Assembly (NCBI RefSeq): GCF_001194135.2
Contig: NC_068986.1
Coordinates: forward strand, 22,928,782-22,992,781
Direction: 5' to 3'
Length of the DNA stretch: 64,000 nt
Origin: Octopus bimaculoides
Taxonomy: Eukaryota
This document shows, one piece after another, positions 24,139 to 57,212 of this stretch; position 1 is the stretch's first letter; every line of letters begins with the position of its first letter. The position numbers and the translations under genes were made by a program. The notes beneath the pieces were generated by a model that worked only from the letters and a program-made list of their open reading frames with translations, did no database searches and was not told where the DNA came from.

Positions 24139-24483
24139 TTACCTCCGCCTTACCGAAGGCGGAGGTATTGTTTTCAGTCGTGTTTTGTTTGTTTGTCCAT
24201 GGACAAGATATCTCAAGAACTGCTGGATGGATTCGAATAAAACTTCCAGGAATGTTTGGCCTTGTGACTAGCAAGAACCGATTAGATTTTGGGATCAATC
24301 TGGTACCGGACAATGATTCTGGATTATTTTCCTATGTTTTTTTTTCGTTTTTTTTTTTTTACTTAATTTTTGGGAGCGGTCGGGTTCATTTTTAGTATTC
24401 TAGTTTTAAAAAATCATCTCTAGCTAATCGTTGAGAGGCTGTTGGTGTTGCCTTGGCGGAGGTTTGTGCTCTCTGAGTACACT
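24139..24483 (+). mobile_element. DINE-1/HINE-like non-autonomous Helentron
   Basis: 5' ACCTCCGCCTT-ACCG-AAGGCGGAGGT palindrome, (GTTT)n, 3' GGCGGAGGT repeat followed by short hairpin GTGCTC-TCT-GAGTAC. Confidence 0.6.
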
Positions 24484-24653
24484 TATTATTATATTCACTT
24501 ATACGTGCTCGTTACATAAAATCACACACACATACACACACTCAATGATGATTGAAACTTATGGCATAACATCACCTGCAAGTTGTTGAAACAATTTTAA
24601 ACTATGGAATAAACATACTATTAACTTCAATCTTTACTTATTATATACATACA

Positions 24654-24689
<36 letters not shown>

Positions 24690-24975
24690 TANNNNNNNNN
24701 NNNNNNNNNNNNNNNNNNNNNNNNNNNNNNNNNNNNNNNNNNNNNNNNNNNNNNNNNNNNNNNNNNNNNNNNNNNNNNNNNNNNNNNNNNNNNNNNNNNN
24801 NNNNNNNNNNNNNNNNNNNNNNNNNNNNNNNNNNNNNNNNNNNNNNNNNNNNNNNNNNNNNNNNNNNNNNNNNNNNNNNNNNNNNNNNNNNNNNNNNNNN
24901 NNNNNNNNNNNNNNNNNNNNNNNNNNNNNNNNNNNNNNNNNNNNNNNNNNNNNNNNNNNNNNNNNNNNNNNNNNN

Positions 24976-25039
<64 letters not shown>

Positions 25040-25139
25040 AGTATATCTATGTGAATGTGCACAGTTAGAGAGAGAGAGACCAGAAAAGGATTCCTTTTGC
25101 TGTTGGTGTTGCAAATTTAGATAAGAAACTTGAATGGTA

Positions 25140-25810
25140 AGTCATTGCTCTTTCGTGTCATTGTAAACTGCAGGTGCTGGTACAACCACGACCACAGATA
25201 ATACAGAATATTTTTGGTAGTGTTGGTATAGTGGATCTTACTCTAGATTTTTTTTTTCTTTTCTGCTTGCTGTTTCTTCCAATTGGACAAATTTTACTTC
25301 TTTCTTTAATTGATCAGCGTCAGTCGCTGTCTTCTCCCATGCAATCTCAGGTGACATCTTTAGATCGGAGTTTCAAGCGCCAACTTGAACAGCTTTCCTA
25401 TATCAGCTCTTTGCAGATAACAGCCTTCAGGATCATAATGCCCTTCATGCTATTTTACACGTTCCACGCATCCAAACTGGCATTTCAGGAGAATAGATTC
25501 AACACTTAGCATAGAGCTATATTCACCAGGAACCAGCTCTTGGATGCACGTGATCCACCAGTAACATTGGCTTCGATAAAATAAATATTGTTGCTTTTTC
25601 ACAGCGTCTGGCATCAGAACTTGAAAGGTGAATTAATTTCGTATGGCTTCAGTTCATTTCTTGTTCATTATACCGAAGTTTCCTATCAGTCATACCGATC
25701 AACTGCAGAGTGTGCTGATGGATCTCTTCACTTCCAAGTGCTTATCAGCTCCTGTGTAACTGAAAGTTTTACGCATTTCACAGTTTCTCTTCGATAAATT
25801 AACCACCGTC
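25140..25810 (-). mobile_element. Decayed RTE-type LINE 3' fragment
   Basis: Minus-strand remnants LKLRSKDV and C..CGR.C.S..L..H.R zinc-knuckle-like C-terminus. Confidence 0.5.
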
Positions 25811-26314
25811 CTGCTGCTGCCTTTAACCACAGGTACACACTACACATACACAAAGTGAGAGAGAGAGAGAGAGAGAGGGAGAGAGAAAGCGAGAAAGAGA
25901 GAGATAGAGAGAGAGAAGTGGGGATTTGAGATGTACCCATCTATTCCTCTTTAACATTCTGCACATAGGCTTCATCCATATTGCAACCCAGACAGCTTAC
26001 AGCTGGTGTTAGGCTTGCTTTGTTTCTATGCTCTGCACTGAATCTTAGAAAACATCTTTCAACGTGTCTATGAGAACATAATCTCCTTCAAAATCTCCAT
26101 GCTTTTTTAGAAATATGTTTTGGACAATGCAAAGACCCAAAAATCTCTGAAACGATGTCTGATAAATCACTCAGATCGAACTTGGATATATTAAATAACA
26201 CTCTCAAAGCTACATACCGAAATCTGGGATTTTCTTTCTTTTTGACCCACTTAAAAATATTGCTCACCTGGCATGTGCTACATCTCAGAATTAATCCTAA
26301 ATGACTATCTACAT

Positions 26315-26480
26315 CAGTGGTTCTCAACCAGAGTCCATATGCCCCTTGGCGGAGGGTCTATATAAGGATTTGTTGTTAAAATTTAAGTGCAATAAATTGC
26401 TTATACTTTTTATAATACAGAAAATACTTTAACAATTTTCTATGCAATTCCTAATAATATTTAATTATAAAAATACTGTA

Positions 26481-26545
<65 letters not shown>

Positions 26546-26629
26546 TATATTTCGAATAACTATGAGGGTCCACTCGAGTAAAATAAGGATCAAAGGGCTC
26601 CATAGGCAAAAGATGGTTGAGAACCACTG
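26315..26629. mobile_element. hAT MITE (family of MITE B) with internal (TA)n
   Basis: CAGTGGTTCTCAACC...GGTTGAGAACCACTG; TSD ATCTACAT / ATCTAAAT. Confidence 0.82.
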
Positions 26630-27699
26630 ATCTAAATGATTGGCAAAGACTCTGTCGCCAACACGCTTATAGTACTTGCTCACAGATGCATTGTTTCTCC
26701 TCTCTTTCCCTTCCACTGATCGTGCAACGATTTCTGTTACTCTGACATAGAATGTGCTCAACCAAATTATTCACAACACTTGTACATTACCAACTCTCAC
26801 CATCCATACACCCTCAAACAACAAGTTTCCCTTAATATTTTTGGCAACAGCTCCTCATCAATTTTCTGCATTTTACTTTTCGTTCAAGGTTATTGCATCA
26901 AACATCGATTTACATACATTTATACTAAATTTGAAACGCATCAGTCCCACAGTGCTACGCATAACGTAACTTTTCTCCGTTTTATTAAATATTAAAATAT
27001 GCTTATGTTTGATGTTTTAGTATGTGGTTGAGTGGTAAAAGGTTAGCTTCCCAACCACATGGTTTCAAGCTAAGTTCCACGACGTGGCACCTTGGGCAAA
27101 AGTTTTCTATTATAACCTCGGACCTGCATGCTAACGATTCTGGTAGCTCGTCGCCTTTCCCAGGTTACATAATATTAAAGAACGTATACTACATAGGTTA
27201 TACTAGTGGCACATTTGCAACGAATGACATTTCAGACCAGTATATTTTAGTTTATATTATTGTGAAAAGCATGAACATTGTTAGTGTGTTTCTTGTGTTT
27301 GTTACCCAGTGGACAGTTCTCAAAAAGGTACATGGTCCAACCAAGATTTAAATAATAACTCAAATTGCTGAAGAAGGTAGTGAGCTCGTTCTAGAGGATT
27401 AACGATATCTAATTTAGTGGTTCATGCCTTAGTTAGGACGACTTCGTGTCTTTCATTATTCCGTGATAAAGTTAGTATAGATCATATGGTGAGTTCTAAA
27501 CTACTTACAGTGGCTTTGAATGCTTTTTATTCTATATCGATATGGACAACAACTATAACAATGTTAACTGATGCAGTAATTGGAATTCAGGAGAATTCAT
27601 GTCTAGATTGGGAAGAAAGCCGAATAAACAAATAGGAATATGTAACCACAAAATTATTTCGTCACGAGTGAAGTAACAACACCCTTAATATTTGCGATT

Positions 27700-27900
27700 T
27701 TTGTGTGAGGAAACTCAGTCGTTCGGTTGTGCTGAGCTTCAACTTCTATATAGTTGATACCTACAGGTAGAGAGTTCCAGAGAGTTACGGGCTGAGATAC
27801 AAAGCTTACAGCCACTGCAAGGTGCTCGCGATTTGTCATATGATCTGTATTGACTTTCTTATTATGAGAGCAACCAGCTGTAATACGATGCCCCAATATA
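27700..27900 (-). mobile_element. CR1/L2-type LINE C-terminal fragment
   Basis: FVSQPVTLWNSLP resembles the FF..RVV..WNSLP motif. Confidence 0.45.
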
Positions 27901-28042
27901 TGTATTCGTTCAACCCACGATAGCAATAGAGGAGAAAAGGACGTAAAACAAACGAACGAATTGCCATGAGACATTACCAGACATTGCAAGGTGTAACAAT
28001 TAATGAATTTGAAAGGTCTTAATTATGTGCTGTTTATGATTA

Positions 28043-30327
28043 CACTGGACAACAAAGATTTTGCTATTGTGGTTAAGGCTTAATCGAGGATGCTGATTCT
28101 GAATCTGCACTCAAAATTGTTCTAGCACGTTAGGATTTTGAGTTATGTGCATGCGCTAGATTATAACTATACTTTCGGTTAGATATAGGCCGTGTTATAA
28201 AATCTGCATAAGTGAAAGCGGTCTTAATTCAAAATTAAAGAAATAACATTAATAAAACAAACGATGAGAAAGTTCATGATTTAGTTTAGCAATAGATGGC
28301 GCTGACGTATTGTGTGCAGTGCCAAATACGTCAGTTTGTTCTTGGTAACTCTCAGTGTCGTTTGCGCTGCCGTCACGTGTGGTATTTGTATCTCTCGCTC
28401 TGCGTGATTACTGTTTTAACTGTGTTCATTGTGTTAGATCATGAATAGAAGCTGTGTGAATCATCCAGACAACTTTTGTTATGTCTGTGGAAACTTTGCT
28501 CCACGTGACCAGCGAAGGAACATTGCCACCAAATTAAAAATTGCTTATAAATATTCTTTCAGGTGTAAAGATGGGGACCAAGACAAGAGGTCACCACCTC
28601 ATACATGCTGCACCGTGTGTTACTCAGGACTTACACAGTGGTTGAATGGAAAACGGAAGGGAATGCCTTTTGTTGTACCAATAGTATGGCGTGAGCCAAC
28701 CAATCATGTCTCTGATTTTGCATGACTAATATTAGTGGTTTCTCAAAGAAGACCAAAGCAAAAATTGTGCATGCAAATCGTAAGTCGGCTCTAAAACCAG
28801 TCTCGCATGACTTCGAGAACTCTGTCCCAGTTCCCCTCTCACATGCTTCACTGACTCTCCTATCGACGAAGAGTACGTAGGTGATTCTGAGAAAATTGAG
28901 CCAGGCTAGTTTAATCAAGAAGATTTGAACGATTTAGTAAGAGACCTAGCATTGTCAAAGGAGAGGGCAGAAGTTTTGGGATCCAAATTACAAGATTTGA
29001 AAATTTTCATTTTCCACTCTCACCATGAAGGCTTATCTGTCTTTTCCAAGCAAGGAAATAATGCTTGTTTCTGTGCTGATGTTAATGCACTCATGCAAAA
29101 ACTAGGACACATGCATGTGGCTAACAAATGGAGATTGTTTATAGACTCGAGTAAGGTTAGCCTCAAAACTGTGTTGTCACATAATGGTAATGAAAAACCT
29201 TCCATTCCTGTGGGTCATGTTGTCGGTATGGAACTCTTTCTGAAAGGAGTTAATTACTCAGCTCACAAGTGGAATATTTGTGGTGATTTAAAGGTGATTT
29301 TCTTCCTCGTAGGACTGCAGCTGGGATGCACCAAAAATATATGCTTCTTGTGTGTTTGGAACAGCCGTGACGACAGCAATCATTACACTGTAAAAGACTG
29401 GCCTAAAAGAGATGAACGCATAGTTGGTCGGTACGATGTGCAGGATATGCCACTGGTAGACCCGTAAAACATCTTCCTTCCACCTCTTCACATCAAACTC
29501 AACCTCATGAAAAACTTTGTAAAAGCAATGACACACGATGTCTGTGGCTTCCAGTATCTAAAAGTAAACTATGGTGCAAAGAAAAGTGACGCAAAACTGA
29601 AAGCAAGCATTTTCCTTGGACCCGAGATCAGAGAATTGATATCCGATAGCAAATTCAGAGGTAAACTGAATCCAGTTGAGCTGACGGCATGGGATTCATT
29701 TGTTTTAGTTGTACAGAACTTTCTTGGAAATCATAGAGCTGAAAATTATGCTGATTTAATAAACAACATGCTAACAGCATATGAAAGAATGGGATGCCAA
29801 ATGTCCCTTAAAATGCACTTCTTGCATTCTCATCTCGAATGTTGGTGCCCTTAGTGATGAGCATGGTGAGAGGTTCCACCAGGACATATCTGAGATAGAA
29901 ACGAGGTATCAAGGCCGGTTCAATCTACACATAATGAGTGACTTCTGCTGGCTCCAACAACAAGAGACCAACACGACACATAAGCACAAGAGCAAGCGTC
30001 TCAAACATTTCTGAGCTGAGCATATCAAAAATAAAGTGAGTATTCCCTTAACATAAATATACTATGTACTATCATATTATAATACTATTTGCCTTGAACA
30101 TAAATTTACTATATACAGTACTAATATACTATTATAATAATATTTACCTTGAATTTAACTATTCGTAATTCTAATATAGTATTAATATATAATTATGCAC
30201 ATAACTCAAAATCCTGACATGCTACAGCAATTTTGAGTTCAGATTCAGAATCAGTGAACTTGATTTAGTTTAGTACAACACCATTTGTCTGGGTTGCAGA
30301 CAATAAATCTAGTTTTGTTACTCAGTG
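28043..30327 (+). mobile_element. Chapaev3-type (CMC superfamily) DNA transposon, full length, decayed
   Basis: Termini CACTG...CAGTG, TTA duplicated on both sides (28040-42, 30328-30), 60-bp subterminal inverted repeats (28093-28152 / 30195-30254), transposase remnants. Confidence 0.88.
28441..30014 (+). pseudogene. Chapaev3 transposase pseudogene (frameshifts and stops)
   Basis: Fragments with FCYVCG, GDQDK..PH.CC, LFIDSSK, ICGDLKV, CFLC, LHIKL.LMKNFVKAM and SDEHGERFHQDI motifs split over at least four frames. Confidence 0.88.
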
Positions 30328-31591
30328 TTATAAAGACTGTAGGATAAATTAATTTTCTTAGTATACGTAGCAATTGTATTTCTGTGCTGTTGACAGAGAC
30401 TAGGGCTTCCAAGAGAAATTTGGTGAGGTGGAATAAGAATGCTTTTGGTTAGGATTCTCTCAAAATTTTAAGCTTTCCTTTTTTTTTAAGGAAGGGCTCA
30501 GCAGATGCTCAAGGCCCTTCCTTGATGTTCAAGGCCCTGGACCTATGTACCAGCTAAACTCCAAACACTTATAGATCTTGACAGAGACTAGGTTGTCATT
30601 CCCATCACATTAAGTACAAAGTTCTCAGATAAGAAACATAAATACACCAACACAAAAAGCAAAAATAAATATACAAAAGAACAAGTATAGAAAAAAACTT
30701 TTATTTGATTTTCATTCAACAAACAGTAAAAAATATTATTACATCAAGTTTCATGAATTGAATGCTTTAAAATACTGGAAAGCTATAAATAGCTTTGAAA
30801 ACTAATTTAAATTAATGTCTATGATTTTAAATTCAAATAACATTATTAACTCCTAGTTTTAAAGAGATGTGTATCAACAAACATAAGAGTATATACGTAC
30901 AGAAACTTACATAAATGGTGAACATATAATTATGAACAGTTTTCCACATAAAATTATACAATGTATACATTTCTTTATTTTATGCATTCATATATACAGA
31001 CATATATGGTAATGATGAACACCAGTGAATATTGGTGTCTTCTCTGTTGGTGGTGAAATGGCTGATACAGGTGATTTCTTGTGAAATTTAGCTGATTAGA
31101 AAAACTAGGCCAGCTGGTGGCACTCACCGGTTCCTCTGAGTTACTTATAAGCAGGAGAACACTGACGGTATGAGTGTCAACTCTTGCATGAACCTCTTTC
31201 AGATGTTATATATCTTGCTTGATGAGTGGAAATTGGTTTATAAGGATGACTATCTATATATACATACATTAAAAATGTCTGTGCAAACAGACACATGCCC
31301 ACATATATAATTTATACTTTCATTTTAGAAGTTTTGTTTCATACTGGCATATGTATATACATACATATGCAGACAGACACACACATATATAAATATATTT
31401 ATTTATATATATGTTAATATATATATACACACATACATAAATATAATATATAAATATGTAAACACACACACACACACACATACATGTATGTAATATATAC
31501 ATACACACATGCTCATATATATATATATTTATATATATATATATATATATATATANNNNNNNNNNNNNNNNNNNNNNNNNNNNNNNNNNNN

Positions 31592-31653
<62 letters not shown>

Positions 31654-32440
31654 TGTATACATACACACACATATAAAGATGCACATAAATATGCATATAT
31701 AAAAATATCATTATAAAAGTAAAACCTGCTTTTACTTTAAGCAGGTATATGCGTCTGTTTTGAAGTAGATTGAAGTATGGCTTTGATAAAGATAATGTCA
31801 GATACACACACACACACACAAACACATACACACACACTCACAAACGCATAATCCAATGTAAGGGAATTATTAGAGTGGTAGACAAAAATACCTTCTGGTA
31901 TTTGGTTAAGACTTCACCAGGTGGTGCTATTAAGTTAGATATGGTCTGGTCCTATAATGGCCGAAACCTATCTAAATTATCTATGTCCCATTATGTTTTC
32001 AGTACAAATTCTGCCAAAGCTCAACATTTCCTTTCCTCTTTGTGAGGTCAATAAAAAAAAGGACTAGACAAAGAATTGAGACTGACAAAGAACTGGGATT
32101 GTATGAAGCTTCTTTGGTGGTAATTCCCCAGCATTGTTGGACTGCAAGTCCAACTGCCAAAACCAGTAAGCTAAACACATGTATATAGATTTTTATATTA
32201 GATGAACAAAACTATTTTAGATGAATATATACTAAGCTATGCACCCATGCATGTCAAACAAATCCTGCATCCCATACACACAAATGATCAACTTAATTGG
32301 TTTAATATCATTATAACTTAATGATGTTGTCTGTATAAACAGATAGAATTTTTTTGTTATTACAAACCACAGCAGAAAAAAGTTCATAAGGGTTTCACTG
32401 AATGAGAAGAAATTTTCATGTCCAAAGAATATTTAATGAT

Positions 32441-51559
<19,119 letters not shown>

Positions 51560-52019
51560 TGTTATTGCTGTAAATGAAAAACAAAATAGATAACTAGAAA
51601 TTAAAATTCAAGTAATATTTTAACACCATTCAAGGGTGTACATTCAATATATACACATATATAAACTGCAAACCTTCCAAAAGTCAGAGAACATTGATCA
51701 GTAATTCATACTTCATTTTATATAACTTACAATATATTAGTAGTAGTAGCACTGCTATTGTACTGTTGGCAGATTAAGTACTTGTGGTTACTGTTACTTT
51801 TAAGTAATGTAGCAGCAGTCACAATACCAGAAGCTGGTAAGCATAAAAAAAAGGTAAACAGTAGCATGTGTTAGTAGCAGGATAGTGACAAGCCTAAAGA
51901 TACTAATTTTCAAAAGCAGTATATATATATATATATACACCAAAGCTCTGTTGATAATTTGGTGTTACAGCTAGATTCTCTAAAAAGCTTCAACTCATAT
52001 ATACTGTAATTGATTGATA

Positions 52020-52240
52020 TCATCATCATCATCGTTTAACGTCCGCTTTCCATGCTAGCATGGGTTGGACGATTTGACTGAGGACTGGTGAAACCGGATG
52101 GCAACACCAGGCTCCAATTTGATTTGGCAGAGTTTCTACAGCTGGATGCCCTTTCTAACGCCAACCACTCAGAGTGTAGTGGATGCTTTTATGTGTCACC
52201 CGCACGAAGGCCAGTCAGGCGGTACTGGCAACGGCCACGA
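52020..52240 (+). mobile_element. RTE-related short element (GGATGCCCTTCCTAACGCCAAC type) with (ATC)n end
   Basis: Reverse copies at about 48740-48960, 38200-38375, 44395-44535. Confidence 0.65.
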
Positions 52241-53779
52241 TATATACATATATATCAATGGAGCACTAACAGCACCATCCGAATGGGATGATTTTAAGAA
52301 ATTTTGTTAGATCCAAGACCCTGTTTAAGACTAAATTCTCTATTAAGAAGCCATTTTCCCCTATAGAATCTCACCTTTTCATATGACAAGATTCCCCTAT
52401 CTTCCCTATGAATAAGAATTAAAGATAAAAATGGCTTTAAAATACATCTATCTATTATTGGCCTCACATACACATATTTTGTTTATATGCTGAATTTGCT
52501 GCTAGATAGTGTCCTGGGAAAGATGCCTACACCAGAATGTCATGGACCAGGCGAGGCAATATTCACCTCAGAATCACTGAGAATGGTAGATATTGATATT
52601 TCACCATTATTGTGGCATATCAATACCATATACTCGGATCATCTCAAAATGAATTGAATCTCTGGTCTATGACTTATATGCAAACAGGGTGAAAACTATT
52701 TACTGATGTGTTGTGGCATAGCACATGTGAATATCAAATTAAATTACAAATAAAAACCTGCTTTTAATTCATAATTCAATTTACATATATAATTAGTCAT
52801 CTCTATTTCTTGCAGAACCCTTAGTAACCTCAGAATTCTCGGTGTCTGTGGAACTCTGGATGGGAAATGCTGGGATTGACAGTATATCTTATCAGAGATT
52901 GGCCTGATTCATTAAATAATTGTATTCCTATAGGTTTTATAGTTTTTTTTTCTTTTGTTTTGTTTTTAATTGATAATTGATATGTGATCTGACGTAGGTT
53001 AGGAATTTGTTGAAGGTAATTTTTTTTTTAATAAAACGTTCGTCAGAGTAAAACTAGCAATAACCGTTACAGACATTCCCAGACTGGTGACATCAAAGCA
53101 GTTGATGACTCGTCTGTACATTTATAGATCACGGTTCTGTCTGAGTGGCAAGAAGTGAGGAGAGAACCTGACCCAAAAGCAAAGACCAAAAGGTATCTAT
53201 AAATCAGGTGATATTAGGTCACTGTTCTGTTTAAAGACCAGGTGTTATTGTTTAACTGGGTAGCATGTTAAGTTGATATGAAGGGTAAAAGAAGAAAAAA
53301 AAGGCAAAGAGAAAGCTGCAAATGAATGGAGAAATATCTATTTTATAGGTTTGAAGCTCAAATTCACTGGAGAGATTTCATTCAAAATTCCAGGACAAAT
53401 TATAAGTGTATCAGAACGTCTAGCTGTCAAGACTAGGCGTCAGCCTTGGAAATGGAAGTCTGGTCTGGGCTGATGAAGTTGTTCTCTATTGAACACTTTA
53501 GCATTAAAACTGGTCATATCCGGCCAAAATATTCTACCTGTTTTATGTTTAAACATAACTTCTCACACCTATCCTACAATGACATTCTAAAAATAAACAA
53601 TCACATCATTGTAAACTCAAGGCTACAAGATAATGCAGAATTAATACAAAACAATGTGAGTAAATAAGCATTGAATCTGACAGAATAATCTGGATGCTAA
53701 AGGGAGAACCATAGGTAAACATTATTAATTGAAGAGAACATTAGAATATGGAAATGTTTGTATCACACTAGTTTGGAGG

Positions 53780-53945
53780 TTCGAGGTAAAGATAGATAGA
53801 GAGAGAGAGAAAGAGAAAGAGAGATAGAGAGAGAAAGAGAGATAGAGAGAGAAAGAGAAAGAGAGATAGAGAGAGAAAGAGAGATAGAGAGAGAAAGAGA
53901 AAGAGAGATAGAGAGAGAAAGAGAAAGAGAGATAGAGAGAGAGAT
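53780..53945. repeat. Compound (GA)-rich satellite
   Basis: Repeated GAGAGATAGAGAGAGAAAGAGAAA units; one of many (TA)n, (CA)n, (GA)n and (CATA)n tracts in the window. Confidence 0.9.
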
Positions 53946-56130
53946 CCAGTACTGGTTGCCATGTAGTGGTTGGTAACTTGTCGGCCTTGTAGTTTATTGA
54001 ATGGAACACGTTCAATACATTTTGTTATTGTTTACATTTGTATGTCTAGATGTGTCTATAAGATGATAGCAGCGGAAGAAGACAAACTGGACTTCGTTGA
54101 AGACCGGATGGTTTAATTATTTCAGTTACTTCAAGGAAGACTTTTGTATTAAAACAGAACTGAAGCTTTTCTTTTTAAATGTGAATACATTTCGCATTTA
54201 TAAAAAAATACTACTTAGATTAGTTGCGAAGTTAAGAATAGTGCTGTTGTGCTGTTTATGCACCTGAAAATTGTAATAGAACGAGTGTGTGTTGCAGCTA
54301 CCAGTACAGGATTTATATATAGACCAAAATGGGCCATGGATCAGTGGAGTTAAAAATTTAAAACTATATTCTTAGCAATCAAATAAATGATTCGTAATTT
54401 TTTTTTACTTGTTTCATTTTTAATGTCAGAGTTCAAAAGCACGAGCTGGCAGAATTGTTAATGTGCTAGATGAAATGCTTAGCGGTATTTCGCCTGTCGC
54501 TACGTTCTGAGTTCAAATTCCGCCGAGGTCGACTTCGCTTTTCATCCTTTTGGAGCCAATAAATTATGTTCCAGTGAAACACTGGAGAATAGATGGTTTA
54601 ATTGCTTCATATTTATTACAAGGAAGACTTTCGGATTAAAACAAATTCACTAAGATACTCTAAAACTGATCTATTGTAATTATTAAGCAAAGACAATGGC
54701 CCGTAACTGATTTAGATAAAATGTTAGCAATTTGGAATGTGTGTGTGCGTGCGTATGGAGAGGGAGTGAGTCGATATAATCGGCCTCAGTACATGACTGG
54801 TACTTTTTTTTGTATCGACTACGAAAACTGAAAGACAAAAGTTAACCTCAGTGGGATTTGAACTCAGGATGTAAAAATTTGGAACAAACACCGCAAAACA
54901 GATTTTTCTTTTCTGACGGTCTAACGATATTCGCTCGTGTGGCAGTGTGTGTGTGTGTGTGCGTGCGTATGTACGCGTGTGTGTGCTTGTATGCGTCCGT
55001 GAGTATGTATGTATATACGTGTGAGGGTGAGTGTGTGTGTGTGCGTGCGTGCGTGTGTACATAGGATTTTCTTTTGAAGTAGTTATGGGAGGCGGTGGTG
55101 TTAAAAGTTAAAATGTTTATCGTTTTGTATCCGATTGAATACTAGAACAGATGAAGTTCGATAAAAAAAAAACCCTCAAAAAAAAAAAAAGCAGAAGAAA
55201 CAAAAACAAGTAAAGTCAAAACACCGTCTGCTAGAAAATTCCAGCGACTAAACATTACGTCATTCGCTTCACGACGATGATTGGTTGCTGTAACAACAAC
55301 CCGGGAACCATGGCGACAGCCGGTAATCATGGCTGGTTAACAACCAGCAACTGGCCAAGGCTATGATATATATGTCGACCGCGTCGCTAGTATTCCATCA
55401 CCCTAGACTAGTTTCTCATTATTGGCACTGCCAAGACACTCACTCATCTCTAAGAAACCGGGAACTTGCAGAGGTATTGCGCAACTGAAGGGTTTATTAT
55501 TTGTTAGGATAAACAGATTCCGCCGAAGTCGACTTTGCCTTTTATCATTGTGGGAAGAACTATTCAAACATTGGGATTGATGTTATCGACTAGACTCAAA
55601 TCCCCAACATTTCAGGCCTTGTGTCGAGAGAAGAAAGGATTATTTGTAAGGATTAGCTCGCAGCGAATGTCAAGGGCTCAAATCCTGTAATGGCCTCAGC
55701 AAAATAAAGTGAGAAACCGCTATTTAAGCATTCCAGCGACCCTGGTCCACCTGATAGGAACCAAGTGATATTGAACCGAATAAAGTGAAGGCGAAGTTAA
55801 CATTTTAGATTTTCGTTGAAGAAATTCAAAATGATATTTAAAAAATCATCATCATCGCATTAATCACTACCAGAACTATCACTGCAATAACTACAATTAA
55901 TACCGCCACCGCCACTTCTACTATAACCACCACCGCTTCCATCCCCACTATCATAACCGTCACCACCACCACTACCACTACTAGTACTATACTACCGCCA
56001 TCCCCACCATCACTACGACCACGACCGCTACTATAACCACTACCACCACCGCCACCATTACCACTACCGTCATCATGATAAAATTATGTTTTAAAATGAC
56101 AATTCTGTCAGCAACCAAAGAAAAAAAAAC

Positions 56131-57212
56131 GGTGGACATTGGAATTAGACACTGAGGGAAAATGGCTGTAACTTTTTAAATTTTTAATTTTGACGATTTT
56201 CGTTTTCGATAATGTGTTCTATATGTCACGGTCATGCGATNNNNNNNNNNNNNNNNNNNNNNNNNNNNNNNNNNNNNNNNNNNNNNNNNNNNNNNNNNNN
56301 NNNNNNNNNNNNNNNNNNNNNNNNNNNNNNNNNNNNNNNNNNNNNNNNNNNNNNNNNNNNNNNNNNNNNNNNNNNNNNNNNNNNNNNNNNNNNNNNNNNN
56401 NNNNNNNNNNNNNNNNNNNNNNNNNNNNNNNNNNNNNNNNNNNNNNNNNNNNNNNNNNNNNNNNNNNNNNNNNNNNNNNNNNNNNNNNNNNNNNNNNNNN
56501 NNNNNNNNNNNNNNNNNNNNNNNNNNNNNNNNNNNNNNNNNNNNNNNNNNNNNNNNNNNNNNNNNNNNNNNNNNNNNNNNNNNNNNNNNNNNNNNNNNNN
56601 NNNNNNNNNNNNNNNNNNNNNNNNNNNNNNNNNNNNNNNNNNNNNNNNNNNNNNNNNNNNNNNNNNNNNNNNNNNNNNNNNNNNNNNNNNNNNNNNNNNN
56701 NNNNNNNNNNNNNNNNNNNNNNNNNNNNNNNNNNNNNNNNNNNNNNNNNNNNNNNNNNNNNNNNNNNNNNNNNNNNNNNNNNNNNNNNNNNNNNNNNNNN
56801 NNNNNNNNNNNNNNNNNNNNNNNNNNNNNNNNNNNNNNNNNNNNNNNNNNNNNNNNNNNNNNNNNNNNNNNNNNNNNNNNNNNNNNNNNNNNNNNAACCC
56901 TAACCCCGTTTGCCAAAGCGCATTTTTTCCTTCATATTTATTTACATATAGTCCATCTGGACCAATGCAAGATTTGGATTGTCCGCGTTTAGCTGTTATT
57001 TCTAGCATATCAAGTTTCGTGGTGGGGACTCCACATATGATCCTTTTTCTGTTTCAATATAAATGTAAGCCGTTCATTTTCACATCTAAGTTGCGAGAAG
57101 GCTATTCGTACGACCTGGACATGTAGAACAATGTCAAAAACGAAAATCGTCAAAATTAAAAAATAAAAAAGTTACACCCATTTTCCCTCAGTGTCTAATT
57201 CCAAGGTCCACC
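56131..57212. mobile_element. Long-TIR DNA element (MULE-like), interior in assembly gap
   Basis: ~95-bp inverted repeats starting GGTGGAC; A-rich 8-bp flanks AAAAAAAC / AAAAAAAT; superfamily is inferred only. Confidence 0.65.

Noticed and set aside
55865-56075. Thr/Pro-rich reading resembling a mucin exon
   Set aside because: Degenerate (ACC/ACT)n microsatellite with frame shifts, no splice signals or start.
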